Source of the DNA: Longimicrobiales bacterium
GTDB taxonomy: Bacteria; Gemmatimonadota; Gemmatimonadetes; Longimicrobiales; Gaopeijiaceae
Direction: 5' to 3'
NCBI GenBank assembly: GCA_965249725.1
Contig: CBDFMQ010000001.1
Span: forward strand, 160,001 to 224,000
DNA length: 64,000 bases
The translations under genes and the position numbers were made by a program. Each line of letters opens with the position of its first letter. Within the stretch, counting starts at the first letter, position 1. The notes beneath the pieces are model-generated. The model saw only the letters and a program-made list of their open reading frames with translations, was not told the DNA's origin and did not search any database. This document shows, piece after piece, positions 9,982 through 19,565 of the stretch.

Positions 9982-11355
9982 TTAATCGTCCCATCCCATC
10001 CCGGGCAGGATGTCCGATTGTAGCTCGAACATACGGTCGATGAGATGGACGGACTGCCTGTAGGAATGGCAGGTGGGGTCCAGGAGCAGCGCCTGCAACA
10101 GTTTGCTGCGGGAACTCTCCTCGTAGGCCTCCACCAGCAACTTGTTGATACTGACTTGGGTGCGGAGGAGCGCCAGGACGGCCTCGGGCAGGGGACCCAT
10201 CGTCCGGGGTATCAGCCCGTCCGGCCCCACCGTGGCGGGCACCTCAACCACGGCCCCGTCGGGGAGTCCCGGAATCCAGCCCTGGTTGGGCACGTTCACC
10301 GCAGCCAGCTCTCGTTCCACGTCGCAAGCAAGTCCTTCGATGATCGGGATCGCGAGCTCGCCGGACGGCTTGATTTCGCCTCCACTGGTTTCTCGGTCCT
10401 CGCGGGACGGCTTCAGGCGGGCCAGGGGACCGTCGGGGAAGAGGGGAGCGTCGGTCGGATGGTCGGAGAGGTTGTAGAGCCAGGTCGGTACTTCGCCCGT
10501 CTCCCAGGGATCGCCCTCTCTCGGGTCGTAGAAGAACTGAAGTAGGCTACTACCCAGGAAGTTGTCTGCCCAACGGACGTACTCACCGATGTGGTTGGCC
10601 CCGGGAGAGGGGAAGAGCCCGAAGCTGCGAAGCAGGATGCGGCTCAGCGCGATCTCGTCCCAGTCGGAGAGCCAGTGGGCTTCCTTCTCTCGCTGCTTGA
10701 GCCGGGGGTAGAGGTCTTCCCCCGTGCCATGTGAACGCAGTTCCTGAAACCACGTGAAGTGGTTCAGCCCGCAAGCGTACCCGCACAGGTCCTCCTGGGG
10801 ATGCTCCAGGAGACGGCAGACCTGCTCCTTGCCATGGCAAATGCCATGACAGAGCCCCACCACTTTCGTCGAGGTCAAACGGGTTTGACCCTCGCACAAC
10901 TTCGTCAGAGGGTTCGTGTAGTTCAGCAGCCAGGCGTCTGGGCAACGGGCCTCCATCTCTCGAGCGATCTCGATCGAAGGCCCCATGTTCCTGAGTGCAT
11001 GGAAGAGCCCACCGGGGCCGCCGTTCTCCCCGTAGATCTGCTTGAAGCCGAAGGTCCGAGGGACGTGGAAGTCTTGAGCCCAGTAGAAGTAGCGATTCAC
11101 TTCGATGGCCATGACCACGAAGTCCGCGCCGTCGAGTGCTTTTGCCAGGTCCGTGGTGCTGGATACCGCGTGGCTTCGATCCGTCCGGCTCGACAACGAC
11201 TCGGCATACGCCTGAGTGGTGGCCAGCTCTTCGGCGTCCAGGTCCATGAGTGTCACTTCGACGTCTCGCTCGGCGAGAGCTTCACTCAGGTATATGTCCC
11301 GCAGGGTGGCCGGTCCGAACTCTCGGCTGCCCGCGCCCACCAGTACGATCTTCAA
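9982..11355 (-). CDS. Glycoside hydrolase family 4 (NAD+/Mn2+-dependent, alpha-galactosidase-like)
   Basis: KIVLVGAGS, GENGGPGGLFHALRN, NYTNP, GLCHG and GLNHF motifs. Confidence 0.9.
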   Translation of the reverse strand: MKIVLVGAGSREFGPATLRDIYLSEALAERDVEVTLMDLDAEELATTQAYAESLSSRTDRSHAVSSTTDLAKALDGADFVVMAIEVNRYFYWAQDFHVPRTFGFKQIYGENGGPGGLFHALRNMGPSIEIAREMEARCPDAWLLNYTNPLTKLCEGQTRLTSTKVVGLCHGICHGKEQVCRLLEHPQEDLCGYACGLNHFTWFQELRSHGTGEDLYPRLKQREKEAHWLSDWDEIALSRILLRSFGLFPSPGANHIGEYVRWADNFLGSSLLQFFYDPREGDPWETGEVPTWLYNLSDHPTDAPLFPDGPLARLKPSREDRETSGGEIKPSGELAIPIIEGLACDVERELAAVNVPNQGWIPGLPDGAVVEVPATVGPDGLIPRTMGPLPEAVLALLRTQVSINKLLVEAYEESSRSKLLQALLLDPTCHSYRQSVHLIDRMFELQSDILPGMGWDD

Positions 11356-11383
11356 GCCGTGTCTCTCTCGGTCGTTTCAGTAG

Positions 11384-13213
11384 TCAGCCGCCCACCGGAG
11401 CGGTGGTCGGCTCGGGCCCCGCGTCGTCCGCTACCTGAGCCGTGGCGACGCTCAAAGTAACGAATCCCGTCAAGACGCCCAGCAGCAGCAAAGCACTCCC
11501 GGAGCCGGTGCGTCCCGTGAGCAGATGTCCGATCCCCACGAGGGAAGCGTACAGGAACACCATGCCGGCGGCAAAGCCGATCCAGCGTCGGCCAGCCGGC
11601 AGTCCCCCCACCACGACATCGTCGCACCGCGCGGCCACTGGCCCCCACCATCCGCCGGGTCGGACGGTCCGGTAGAAGTGGTCCAGGTGCCCGTCGGCAT
11701 CGGGCCGTGTGACGTGGGCGACGACGACCCAGACGACGGTGCACACCACCAGGATCAACAGCGCGCGGACGAAGTCGTAATCGGCTGAGTAGAACCGCTC
11801 GACCGAGCCGATGGATGCTTCCCCGAGCAGGCCGAATCGTGCGGCCGCGCGTGTCCAGATCGCGCCGTTGGCCAGCACCACGGAGCCGGCCATGGCCGCG
11901 ATCTCGGCCCACGCGTTCACCCGCCACCAATACCACCGGAGGAGCCACACGAGTGCGACCCCCGCGGTCAACTCGATCACATAGATCCAGGCGCCCTCGA
12001 TGGTCTCCATCTGCCAGGCGGCGAAGGCGGCCGCGACGGCCAAGAGCCCGACGGAGACCCGGGCCGCCAGGACGTAGTGCCCGGCATCGGCGTCCGTCCG
12101 AATGAACCGACGGTACACGTCGTTCACCAGATACGACGCGCCCCAGCAAAGGTGCGTGTCCATGGTGCTCATGAAGGCAGCCAGGAACGACGCCACCATG
12201 AGTCCCCGGAGACCGGTGGGCATGAGTTCCACGATCATCATCGGGTACGCGAGCTCGGGATCGGCGGCCAACTCCGGAATCGCGGTCGCCACCGGGAGCA
12301 CGAGAAGCGATCCCAACCCGACCACGACCCAGGGCCAGGTCATGAGGATCGTTCCCGCCAGCGCGAACCAAAGGGCCGAGAGGGCCGATTGCCTCTCGTT
12401 GCGGGTCGCGAAGAGCCGCTGGGCTAGATAGCCGTCTCCCTGTCCGCTCCGCGTCCATAGGAACAGGATGAGACAGAGAAAAGAGGCGAACTCCAGCGGG
12501 CTCAGGTGCGCGGCGTTGGGGAGAACGTCCAGCGTGCCGGGGGGTGCATCAGGGAGTGCGCGGATGCCGTCGGCCATGGCACGGGGACCCCCTAGCCGGA
12601 CCAGCACGAGTCCCGCCAAGACCAATGAGCCCGTCATGCCCGCCACGAACTGCAGCAAGTCGGTCACTACGACTCCCCAGAGCCCCGACGCGACCGTGTA
12701 GACGAGTGCGAGCGACACGCACACAACCAGCGTAAACGTGGCATCCCAACCCAACAGGACTTGGCTGAACTTCACCATGGCGAGCATCACCCAGCCCATG
12801 ACGACACAGTTCTTGAGGAGCCCCTGGTAGAGGGCGGAGAATCCTCGAAGGAACGACGCCGGACGACCCGAGTAGCGGAGCTCGATGAACTCGGCGTCGG
12901 TAAGGACGGCAGCCCGTCGCCAGAGGCGAGCGTAGAAAAAGACCAAGAGCATGATGCCCGCTGCCTCGTACCACCACAGCCAATTGGCGTAGATACCGCG
13001 TTGGCGGACCAGGGATGCCGTGGCCAGGGGTGCGTCGGTCGCGAACCAGGTCGCCGCGATGGAAGTGCCGGCGACCCACCAGGGGAGGGTGCGGCCTGCT
13101 ACGAAGTATTCCTCTATGCTCTGGCCGGCCCTTCGAGTGAACCAAAAGCCGATGGTGAGGGTGATGGCTCCGTAGACCGCCACCACCACCCAGTCCGCCG
13201 CGACCAGCTGCAT
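11384..13213 (-). CDS. Sodium:solute symporter (SSS family)
   Basis: YFVAGRTLPWW, GLWGVVVTD, LAQRLFA and AAFMST motifs; many TM segments. Confidence 0.92.
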   Translation of the reverse strand: MQLVAADWVVVAVYGAITLTIGFWFTRRAGQSIEEYFVAGRTLPWWVAGTSIAATWFATDAPLATASLVRQRGIYANWLWWYEAAGIMLLVFFYARLWRRAAVLTDAEFIELRYSGRPASFLRGFSALYQGLLKNCVVMGWVMLAMVKFSQVLLGWDATFTLVVCVSLALVYTVASGLWGVVVTDLLQFVAGMTGSLVLAGLVLVRLGGPRAMADGIRALPDAPPGTLDVLPNAAHLSPLEFASFLCLILFLWTRSGQGDGYLAQRLFATRNERQSALSALWFALAGTILMTWPWVVVGLGSLLVLPVATAIPELAADPELAYPMMIVELMPTGLRGLMVASFLAAFMSTMDTHLCWGASYLVNDVYRRFIRTDADAGHYVLAARVSVGLLAVAAAFAAWQMETIEGAWIYVIELTAGVALVWLLRWYWWRVNAWAEIAAMAGSVVLANGAIWTRAAARFGLLGEASIGSVERFYSADYDFVRALLILVVCTVVWVVVAHVTRPDADGHLDHFYRTVRPGGWWGPVAARCDDVVVGGLPAGRRWIGFAAGMVFLYASLVGIGHLLTGRTGSGSALLLLGVLTGFVTLSVATAQVADDAGPEPTTAPVGG

Positions 13214-13224
13214 CTGCTGCCGCT

Positions 13225-13981
13225 CTACACCATGAGATCGCCGCCGGCGATGTCATAAGCCGAGCCGGTGATGTAGCCCGCGGCGTCCGACGCGAGGAAG
13301 CAGACCAGGTCGGCGACTTCCTCCGGCTTTCCGAGGCGGTTGATCGGAAAGCCGGTACGATAGTCCTCCAGTCTCTCGGGCGTGGTGTTCTCGTGGGCCA
13401 TTTCTGTATCGATCAGGCCCGGGCACACGGCGTTCACCGTGATGCCGTGAGGCGCCAGCTCGAGGGCACACGCTCGAGTCAGACCGAGCACGCCGTGCTT
13501 GGAGGCCGTGTAGTGTGCTCCCCCCAGAGTGCTCACGGTTTTCCCGGCGGTAGAAGCCAGGTTGACGATGCGCCCGTACCCCTTGTCCGATCATCGAACT
13601 GATCGCGGCCTGGGTGCAAAAGAAGGCCCCTGTGAGGTTCACATCGAGGGTCTTTCGCCACTCCTCTTCGGAGATGTCCTCGAGGCGCGTGGGGAAGAGG
13701 ATCCCTGCGTTGTTCACGAGGATGTCTAGGTGTCCGAAGTGCTCCAGGATGTCCCGGACCATCCGACGGACCGAGTCCGACGAGGTCACGTCGGCGGGCA
13801 CGGCCAGCACGTTCGAATCGGTCTCCATGGCCGCACGCGTCGTGGCTTCTGCATCGAGGTCGTTCAGAGCGACGGACGTTCCCAGTTCGTGGAGGCGCCC
13901 GGCGATCGCTCTGCCCATGCCTCGGGCGGCTCCGGTGACCAACGCTACGCGACCGTCCAATCGACTGACTACGCCCTCCAT
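13225..13981 (-). pseudogene. SDR oxidoreductase (FabG-like) split by a 1-nt insertion near 13580 (pseudogene or sequencing error)
   Basis: TGAARGMG and NNAG are in one frame; YGRIVNLAS, YTASK and the C-terminus are in another. Removing one G from the G4 run (plus strand 13579-13582) restores a 251-aa SDR. Confidence 0.85.
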
Positions 13982-14276
13982 CCGGCCTCCGGTTCCGTGA
14001 TCGACCCTGGGAAGATCGAGCCTGCTGGTGTGTTACTCGTCCGGGACCGCACCCGGGACGAAAGTGGCCCTCATCATGTCCGTGGCTCGCATCACGCGCC
14101 ACCCCATCGACGGCGGGAGATGGGCCGGGATCGTCGGACCTGGCCAATTCGGCTGCGGGTGTGCTGGGCGTCTGGCCACCAAGGCTGGAGAGCCGCATTA
14201 TTGAGACCCTTTTTCCGGGTCCGCCCGCCTATGATCGGACCCGACGCATGGCTGCTTCACGGATGGGAGGACGGCA

Positions 14277-15062
14277 ATGGCTTCTTCACCGCATGGACGC
14301 TTCGTCTGGTACGAGATGATGACGGTAGACAAGGACCCCACGACGGACTTCTACAAGAACGTCGTCGGGTGGGACTCACAGGACTGGGAAGGCTCGGATC
14401 CGGCGTACACCATGTTCACGGTTGGAGAGTCCATGAGGGCAGGCATCATGGATCTTCCGGAGGAGGCCCGAGCCGGCGGCGCTCCGCCCCATTGGCTCGG
14501 CTACGTCTCTTGTCCCGACACGGATGCGACCGTGGAGCAGGCGAAAGGCCTTGGCGGTCAGGTCCTGGTCGAGCCCATGTCGATTCCGGAGGTGGGGCGT
14601 ATGGCCGTGCTGTGTGACCCCCAGGGCGCAGTCTTCGCGGTCTTCACGGCCGAGACCGAGTCCCCTGGGCGTGAGGGCGCTCCAGAGGTCGGTGAGTTCT
14701 CGTGGCACGAGCTCACTACTTCTGACCACGAGGCCGCCTTCGAGTTCTACTCGGCGCTGTTCGGGTGGGAGAAGACCACCGCGATGGAGATGGGGGAGCA
14801 GGGCACGTATCAGATGTACGGGACCGGCGAGCGCGAGCTCGGGGGCATGTACAACCTGCACTCCGACATTCCAGCCCCACCGCACTGGCTGCTGTACGTC
14901 AGGGTTGCCGACCTGGACACGTCCATCGAAACCCTGAAGTCGTTGGGTGGCCAGGTGCTCAACGGGCCCATGGACGTACCCGACGGTGATCGGGTCGCAC
15001 AGTGCATGGACCCACAAGGCGCGGCCTTCGCGCTGCACGAGCGGGCTGGAGGCGCAGGGTAG
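14277..15062 (+). CDS. VOC/glyoxalase family protein (tandem domains)
   Basis: Two GxFxWxE...FY...GW...DPQGA repeats; GGGAGG RBS. Confidence 0.9.
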   Translation: MASSPHGRFVWYEMMTVDKDPTTDFYKNVVGWDSQDWEGSDPAYTMFTVGESMRAGIMDLPEEARAGGAPPHWLGYVSCPDTDATVEQAKGLGGQVLVEPMSIPEVGRMAVLCDPQGAVFAVFTAETESPGREGAPEVGEFSWHELTTSDHEAAFEFYSALFGWEKTTAMEMGEQGTYQMYGTGERELGGMYNLHSDIPAPPHWLLYVRVADLDTSIETLKSLGGQVLNGPMDVPDGDRVAQCMDPQGAAFALHERAGGAG

Positions 15063-15167
15063 GCCCCCAACCGCTCGGCACGACCGGCCGACCCGTTGGC
15101 GAGGGCAACCTTTTCGGCGGTCGCGACCCCGGCCTGGTGGGCAGCCACCAGGCCGGGGAGCCGGGCA

Positions 15168-15884
15168 TCAGCCTCCGAAGGTGAACTCGAGTGCCACGGG
15201 CTGATCCGCCAGTACAGTGACCCGCTGTGTCTGGGTGCCCAACGTCGGATGCCGAGCTTCGACCACGTAGTCACCCGGCGGTAGGTCCGCTAGAGAGAAT
15301 CCCCCGTCCTCGCCGGTGGTTGCCCAGAAGGGATGGTCGAGCACCAGGACTGTGGTCTCCATCCATCCATGGATGTCGCAGGCGACTCTGATCGGAAGCT
15401 CGGGATCGGCGAAGACCTTTCGGCTCTCGAGGCCCTTCAGAGGCTGACCGATATTGAAGCCCCGATTCACCTCGGGGAATGCATGAACGTTGTGCAGCGT
15501 GGCATCGCTGTTCCGGATGACCAACGTCTGGCCCGCTTGAAGCGGCAGGACCAGAGGGTCGTACATGCACCCGCTCTGATCCAGCAACACCTCTTCCCCC
15601 GGGGTCTCGTACTCTCCGCGGACGCCCTCTGTGACGTAGACGGCGACGTCGGCCAAGCCTCCGCTCGCGCCGACGCGTACGGATGACACGCTCGGAGACT
15701 CCCCACCATGCGCTTCCACGCAATAGTCGTCGCCCGTCATGTCCACCACCTCCGCCGCAGGAGGCATCCCCTCGAACCGCACCGTACCCGTCACCGCTAT
15801 CGATGACGGGGAGGCGACGCTCTGCGACCACGCGAGGCCGAGCGCTGCACCCGATATGGCCATTCCGGCCAGTAACCCTTTCAT
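15168..15884 (-). CDS. Secreted cupredoxin-like (MauL-like) protein with carboxypeptidase-regulatory-like domain
   Basis: Signal peptide MKGLLAG...; LHNVH and CDIHGWM motifs; HPFWATTGEDGGFSLADLPPGDY. Alternative start at 15893. Confidence 0.78.
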   Translation of the reverse strand: MKGLLAGMAISGAALGLAWSQSVASPSSIAVTGTVRFEGMPPAAEVVDMTGDDYCVEAHGGESPSVSSVRVGASGGLADVAVYVTEGVRGEYETPGEEVLLDQSGCMYDPLVLPLQAGQTLVIRNSDATLHNVHAFPEVNRGFNIGQPLKGLESRKVFADPELPIRVACDIHGWMETTVLVLDHPFWATTGEDGGFSLADLPPGDYVVEARHPTLGTQTQRVTVLADQPVALEFTFGG

Positions 15885-15886
15885 CT

Positions 15887-17014
15887 CTACCATCCTTCGA
15901 AGAATCCGCCGTCGAACCAATCCCACAGGATGTACACGATCAACTGACTGGACCGAAGGTCGGCGTCGGTCACCGGCACCCTCAGCCCGATGTTGGCGAG
16001 GACATGCTGCCGGGTGTTGAGACTCACCTGGATCTGAGGCACGATATCCCAATCCACGGGAGTGGCGTCATCCTCGAATTCCGCCGTACCGAGAACCTCG
16101 ACCATCGGGCTCCAGCTCCGCCCGAATGCTCCCTGAGTAAGGGTCCACCCGAAGGCTCCGCGCCACTTTGCTTCACGTGCCGCCTGTCCGTCGGCCGGTA
16201 GCTCGCCGATGGCCTGCAGCTGGAAGAATCCGTCTCCGGCAACGATCTGACCGTAGGCCAAGTAGCCCTCGAAGACGGTCGTACCTTTCCCCAAGCCCGT
16301 GTCTTCGTCACCCAGCGGCAACTTCACCTCGGCACCCGCGCTCACGATCGAACCGGACGAGAGGCTCGAGAAGAGATTCTGCTTGACGCCCAAGGTCACG
16401 TCCCGGATTCCGGCGTCCCAGTCGTCGCCCGCGCTCTGCTCTACCGCACCGACCGGAAGCTTGATTTCGATCTGCGTTCTAGGACCGAAGCGTTTCTCGT
16501 ATAGGAACTCGACGGTGGCGGCACCCGGATTCTCGGTGTTCATGGTGAACGTGCTGACCGCCTCGTCCTCCGGGAATGCCTTCTCGGTTACCAGCGCACG
16601 GGGAAGGTTGAGTTCGCCTCTGGGCCAGCGATCATCCGTGCACATCGTTCGGATGTAGTCCATGGCGAGCTGGATCAGGTCCTCGGAGAGGGCATCTCCG
16701 AACGCCGGCATCGTCTCCGAGAAGCCGCGGACCGGGCCTCCTTGGTGGGCCACGGCGATCCAATCTCCATCGGGTTCGCGAGACGCGAAGCTGCAATCGG
16801 TGAAGTCCGGCACTGGATCGTCGAACGATATCTCTTCCGGGTTGGGGCCGGCGCCATCCGATCCATGGCACTTGGCGCAAGCCGCCTCGTAGAGTTCTTC
16901 GGGCGTGAATTCCTGGGCCACGGCTGAGCGCGCGAAGACACCTCCCGCAAGGCAGACAACCAGGATTGCGGACCACTGAATCAACATCTTGTGCGGGCCT
17001 CCCACGTCACGCAT
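15887..17014 (-). CDS. Monoheme cytochrome c fused to a predicted outer-membrane beta-barrel
   Basis: Signal peptide, CAKCH and distal MPAF, followed by about 240 aa of alternating amphipathic strands ending in aromatic-rich WDWFDGGFFEGW. Confidence 0.75.
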   Translation of the reverse strand: MRDVGGPHKMLIQWSAILVVCLAGGVFARSAVAQEFTPEELYEAACAKCHGSDGAGPNPEEISFDDPVPDFTDCSFASREPDGDWIAVAHQGGPVRGFSETMPAFGDALSEDLIQLAMDYIRTMCTDDRWPRGELNLPRALVTEKAFPEDEAVSTFTMNTENPGAATVEFLYEKRFGPRTQIEIKLPVGAVEQSAGDDWDAGIRDVTLGVKQNLFSSLSSGSIVSAGAEVKLPLGDEDTGLGKGTTVFEGYLAYGQIVAGDGFFQLQAIGELPADGQAAREAKWRGAFGWTLTQGAFGRSWSPMVEVLGTAEFEDDATPVDWDIVPQIQVSLNTRQHVLANIGLRVPVTDADLRSSQLIVYILWDWFDGGFFEGW

Positions 17015-17208
17015 GTGCAGGCTCCTTAGAAGCTCGGGTGCTCTGGGTCGAGTTCCCGCTTGGTGTCGGTTTGGCTGCTATGTTGGTTCTGTAAAGATGA
17101 CACGGTAACCGAGCCCCGTGTTAGATCGAGAGGCGCCTGTTTCGGACGTACCCGGTGCCCGGCGAAGTCGGCCGGGCGGAGCCTCCTTAACGCTACCGGG
17201 GTCTTGGT

Positions 17209-17221
17209 TGTCCATTGGACA
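17209..17221. promoter_or_regulatory. Perfect palindrome TGTCCA-T-TGGACA in a divergent intergenic region (possible operator)
   Basis: Inverted repeat between the divergent genes at 17014(-) and 17320(+). Confidence 0.35.
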
Positions 17222-17319
17222 CGGTATCGCGAGCTTCAGCTTCCTCAGCGGAATGCGGCCCGAGTCTCGGGGAGCCGCACGATGAGATAGCAGTGGACCG
17301 ATATGGATGACACCGCTCG

Positions 17320-17832
17320 ATGAGCACGACTCCCTCCAATAGCGATGCCGGCCCGGCACGACCGGCTCTGCCCGCCGTGGAACCATGGCGCCGCCTCGCG
17401 TTGTATCTACTCCTAGTCGGCACCGCCGGAGTGGCCGTCGAGTTGGTCTTGATGGAGCACTATGAAGATGTTTGGCAGTGGACGCCGATCGCTCTACTCG
17501 GGGGTGGACTCGTGCTTGGAGCATTGATCGTCTTTCGCCCACGCCGTATCGCTGTGCGGATGTTCCGAGGACTGATGGCCGTCTACGTGTTCTCGGCCGG
17601 CCTGGGCATCTACTTCCACCTGAAAGCGAACGTGGAGTTCGAGTTGGAACTCCGGCCGACGATGGGTGGATCCGAGTTGATCATTGAGACCCTGAAGGGA
17701 GCCATGCCCGCTTTGGCGCCCGGAGCGATGCTCCAATTGGGACTGCTCGGCTTGCTGATAGGATTCCGGCACCCGGCGTTCGCTGCGGTCGAGCCTGATA
17801 TGAAGACACCAAACACAGTGGAGAATCGATAA
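17320..17832 (+). CDS. Hypothetical 4-TM membrane protein
   Basis: Four hydrophobic segments; His at helix ends (MEHYE, YFHLK); stop overlaps the next ATG. Confidence 0.75.
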   Translation: MSTTPSNSDAGPARPALPAVEPWRRLALYLLLVGTAGVAVELVLMEHYEDVWQWTPIALLGGGLVLGALIVFRPRRIAVRMFRGLMAVYVFSAGLGIYFHLKANVEFELELRPTMGGSELIIETLKGAMPALAPGAMLQLGLLGLLIGFRHPAFAAVEPDMKTPNTVENR

Positions 17833-18470
17833 TGTACTCACCACCTCGCACACTGATGGCCCTCGTGGTCGGAAGCCTGACCATCGTCGCGCCGGCGGCG
17901 GCCCAGGTCGGACCAAACCTGGGTCTCTTGAACCCCAACCTTGCGAGTGCCGACGAGCTCGGGACAGTCCCGGGGCTGAACGGGGAGGCCGTCGAGGCGA
18001 TCATGGACTCACGCCCGTTCCTTCGGATGAGCGACCTGCACGCCGTTGTGGCCCGATTTGCAGGGGAGGGTCAGCATGACGCCGTGTACGGCGCCATGTG
18101 GCTACCGATCGATCTCAACGACGTCACGAACGAAGAGATCTTGCTCATTCCGGGAGTCGGAGAGCGGATGCTACACGAGTTCGAGGAATACCGCCCGTAT
18201 GAGGCGCTCCTCCGATTTGACCGCGAGATCGACAAGTATGTCGATGATGCAGAACTGGCCCGCTTGGAGCAGTACGTCTACGTCCGCATTGACCTCAATT
18301 CGGCGTCCGAAGAGGACATTCTGAGCATCCCGGGCATCGGGAGCCGGATGCTACACGAGTTCGAGGAATATCGGCCTTATGTGGCGATGGCCCAGTTCCG
18401 TCGCGAGATGGCCAAGTACGTGGACGACGACGAGGTCGAGCGGATGGCACGGTATGTAGAGGTCCGTTAG
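17832..18470 (+). CDS. Secreted protein with three helix-hairpin-helix (ComEA/PsbU-like) repeats
   Basis: Signal peptide ending AAAQ; repeats (L/I)(N/D)xNxAS..E...(V/I)PG, two of them containing RMLHEFEEYRPY 60 aa apart. Confidence 0.8.
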   Translation: MYSPPRTLMALVVGSLTIVAPAAAQVGPNLGLLNPNLASADELGTVPGLNGEAVEAIMDSRPFLRMSDLHAVVARFAGEGQHDAVYGAMWLPIDLNDVTNEEILLIPGVGERMLHEFEEYRPYEALLRFDREIDKYVDDAELARLEQYVYVRIDLNSASEEDILSIPGIGSRMLHEFEEYRPYVAMAQFRREMAKYVDDDEVERMARYVEVR

Positions 18471-18548
18471 CTACCCGGTCTACTCCAGGCTTTGCTCCGC
18501 GCCGTTGGCTGAAGTAGCCTTGTGCGGCGCACTTGTCAGGAGGTCGCA

Positions 18549-19544
18549 TTGCCAAGCATCACGCTCGTCATCGCCGTCGTCAGCTTCGTCATATCCATCT
18601 ACGCATTCATTGCCACCCGAGTGGGGCGTCGTGCCAAGCTCGAGATCTTCCGCTTCGCACCCGAGGGATTAGTGGTCGACGACGACTTCGACACCCTTCA
18701 TGTGTACACGGACGCCGACTTCATCGTCACCAACCTCAGCGACAAGCCCAACACCGTCATTCGGTTGGAGGCTTCGGCCAATCTCGGGAATGGCTGGATC
18801 GACGGAGTCGTCCACGGCAAGCGGCTCGCGGAGCGGATGCGAACGCGAACCGACCATGGCGGTGCGGACGGTCAACCGAGTCATCACAACGAGATCGTGC
18901 ACGAATGGGTCGGCGCCGACGTGTGCCCCATCATGCTATCGCCGCAGGCCTCCGGCATTCCGAACCAGGGTGTCTCCCTCAGGTGGGACTTCCAGAGCAC
19001 GGTCCCGGTCGAGGCGTTTCCGAGCATTCGACTCCGCCTCGCGCTGCACGATCAGTACGGGGAGAAGCACGAGTTCGACGTGGGCAAGCGAGAGCTTCCT
19101 GACATCGAAGTGAAACGGTATCCGAAGTTCTTCGACGACGAGAGTGAGATCGGACGTCTCAAGGATCGGATTCCGGGAGAGGACATGGCGGCCCTGGTTC
19201 GAGTGGTGCACCGGCGCTACGGGGAGAACCCCTCCCAATCGACGCTCTCGGTTCGGCGTTACTATCCGTTGAAAGGGGGGAGGCAGGCCGCCGGTGTGGC
19301 TCACATGGGGCGGGACGGCTATGCGTACGACAGCTACCGGCCACGCGACTTCAAGAAACGGCTCGATGGGGGCACGGACGGCCCCTGGGAGCTAGGGACG
19401 ACAGACGGGTTCGTCATCTCCTTCAGTGCGAGGGACGGATTGCCCGACGTGCTTCACGTCAAGCTTCCGGACAGTTGGTCGCAAGACAAGATGGACGTGC
19501 CCATCCCTGAGGACTTCGCGCGGCTGTGTGCCGCGGAGGGTTAG
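18549..19544 (+). CDS. Hypothetical protein with N-terminal membrane anchor
   Basis: TTG start at 18549 behind AGGAGG; one N-terminal TM; no recognisable motif. Confidence 0.65.
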   Translation: MPSITLVIAVVSFVISIYAFIATRVGRRAKLEIFRFAPEGLVVDDDFDTLHVYTDADFIVTNLSDKPNTVIRLEASANLGNGWIDGVVHGKRLAERMRTRTDHGGADGQPSHHNEIVHEWVGADVCPIMLSPQASGIPNQGVSLRWDFQSTVPVEAFPSIRLRLALHDQYGEKHEFDVGKRELPDIEVKRYPKFFDDESEIGRLKDRIPGEDMAALVRVVHRRYGENPSQSTLSVRRYYPLKGGRQAAGVAHMGRDGYAYDSYRPRDFKKRLDGGTDGPWELGTTDGFVISFSARDGLPDVLHVKLPDSWSQDKMDVPIPEDFARLCAAEG

Positions 19545-19565
19545 CCTGGGCCGGGCCGGTGATGA

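Noticed and set aside
15887..17014. Calling the cytochrome-barrel fusion cyc2
   Set aside because: It lacks the Cyc2 N-terminal signature; only the architecture is analogous.
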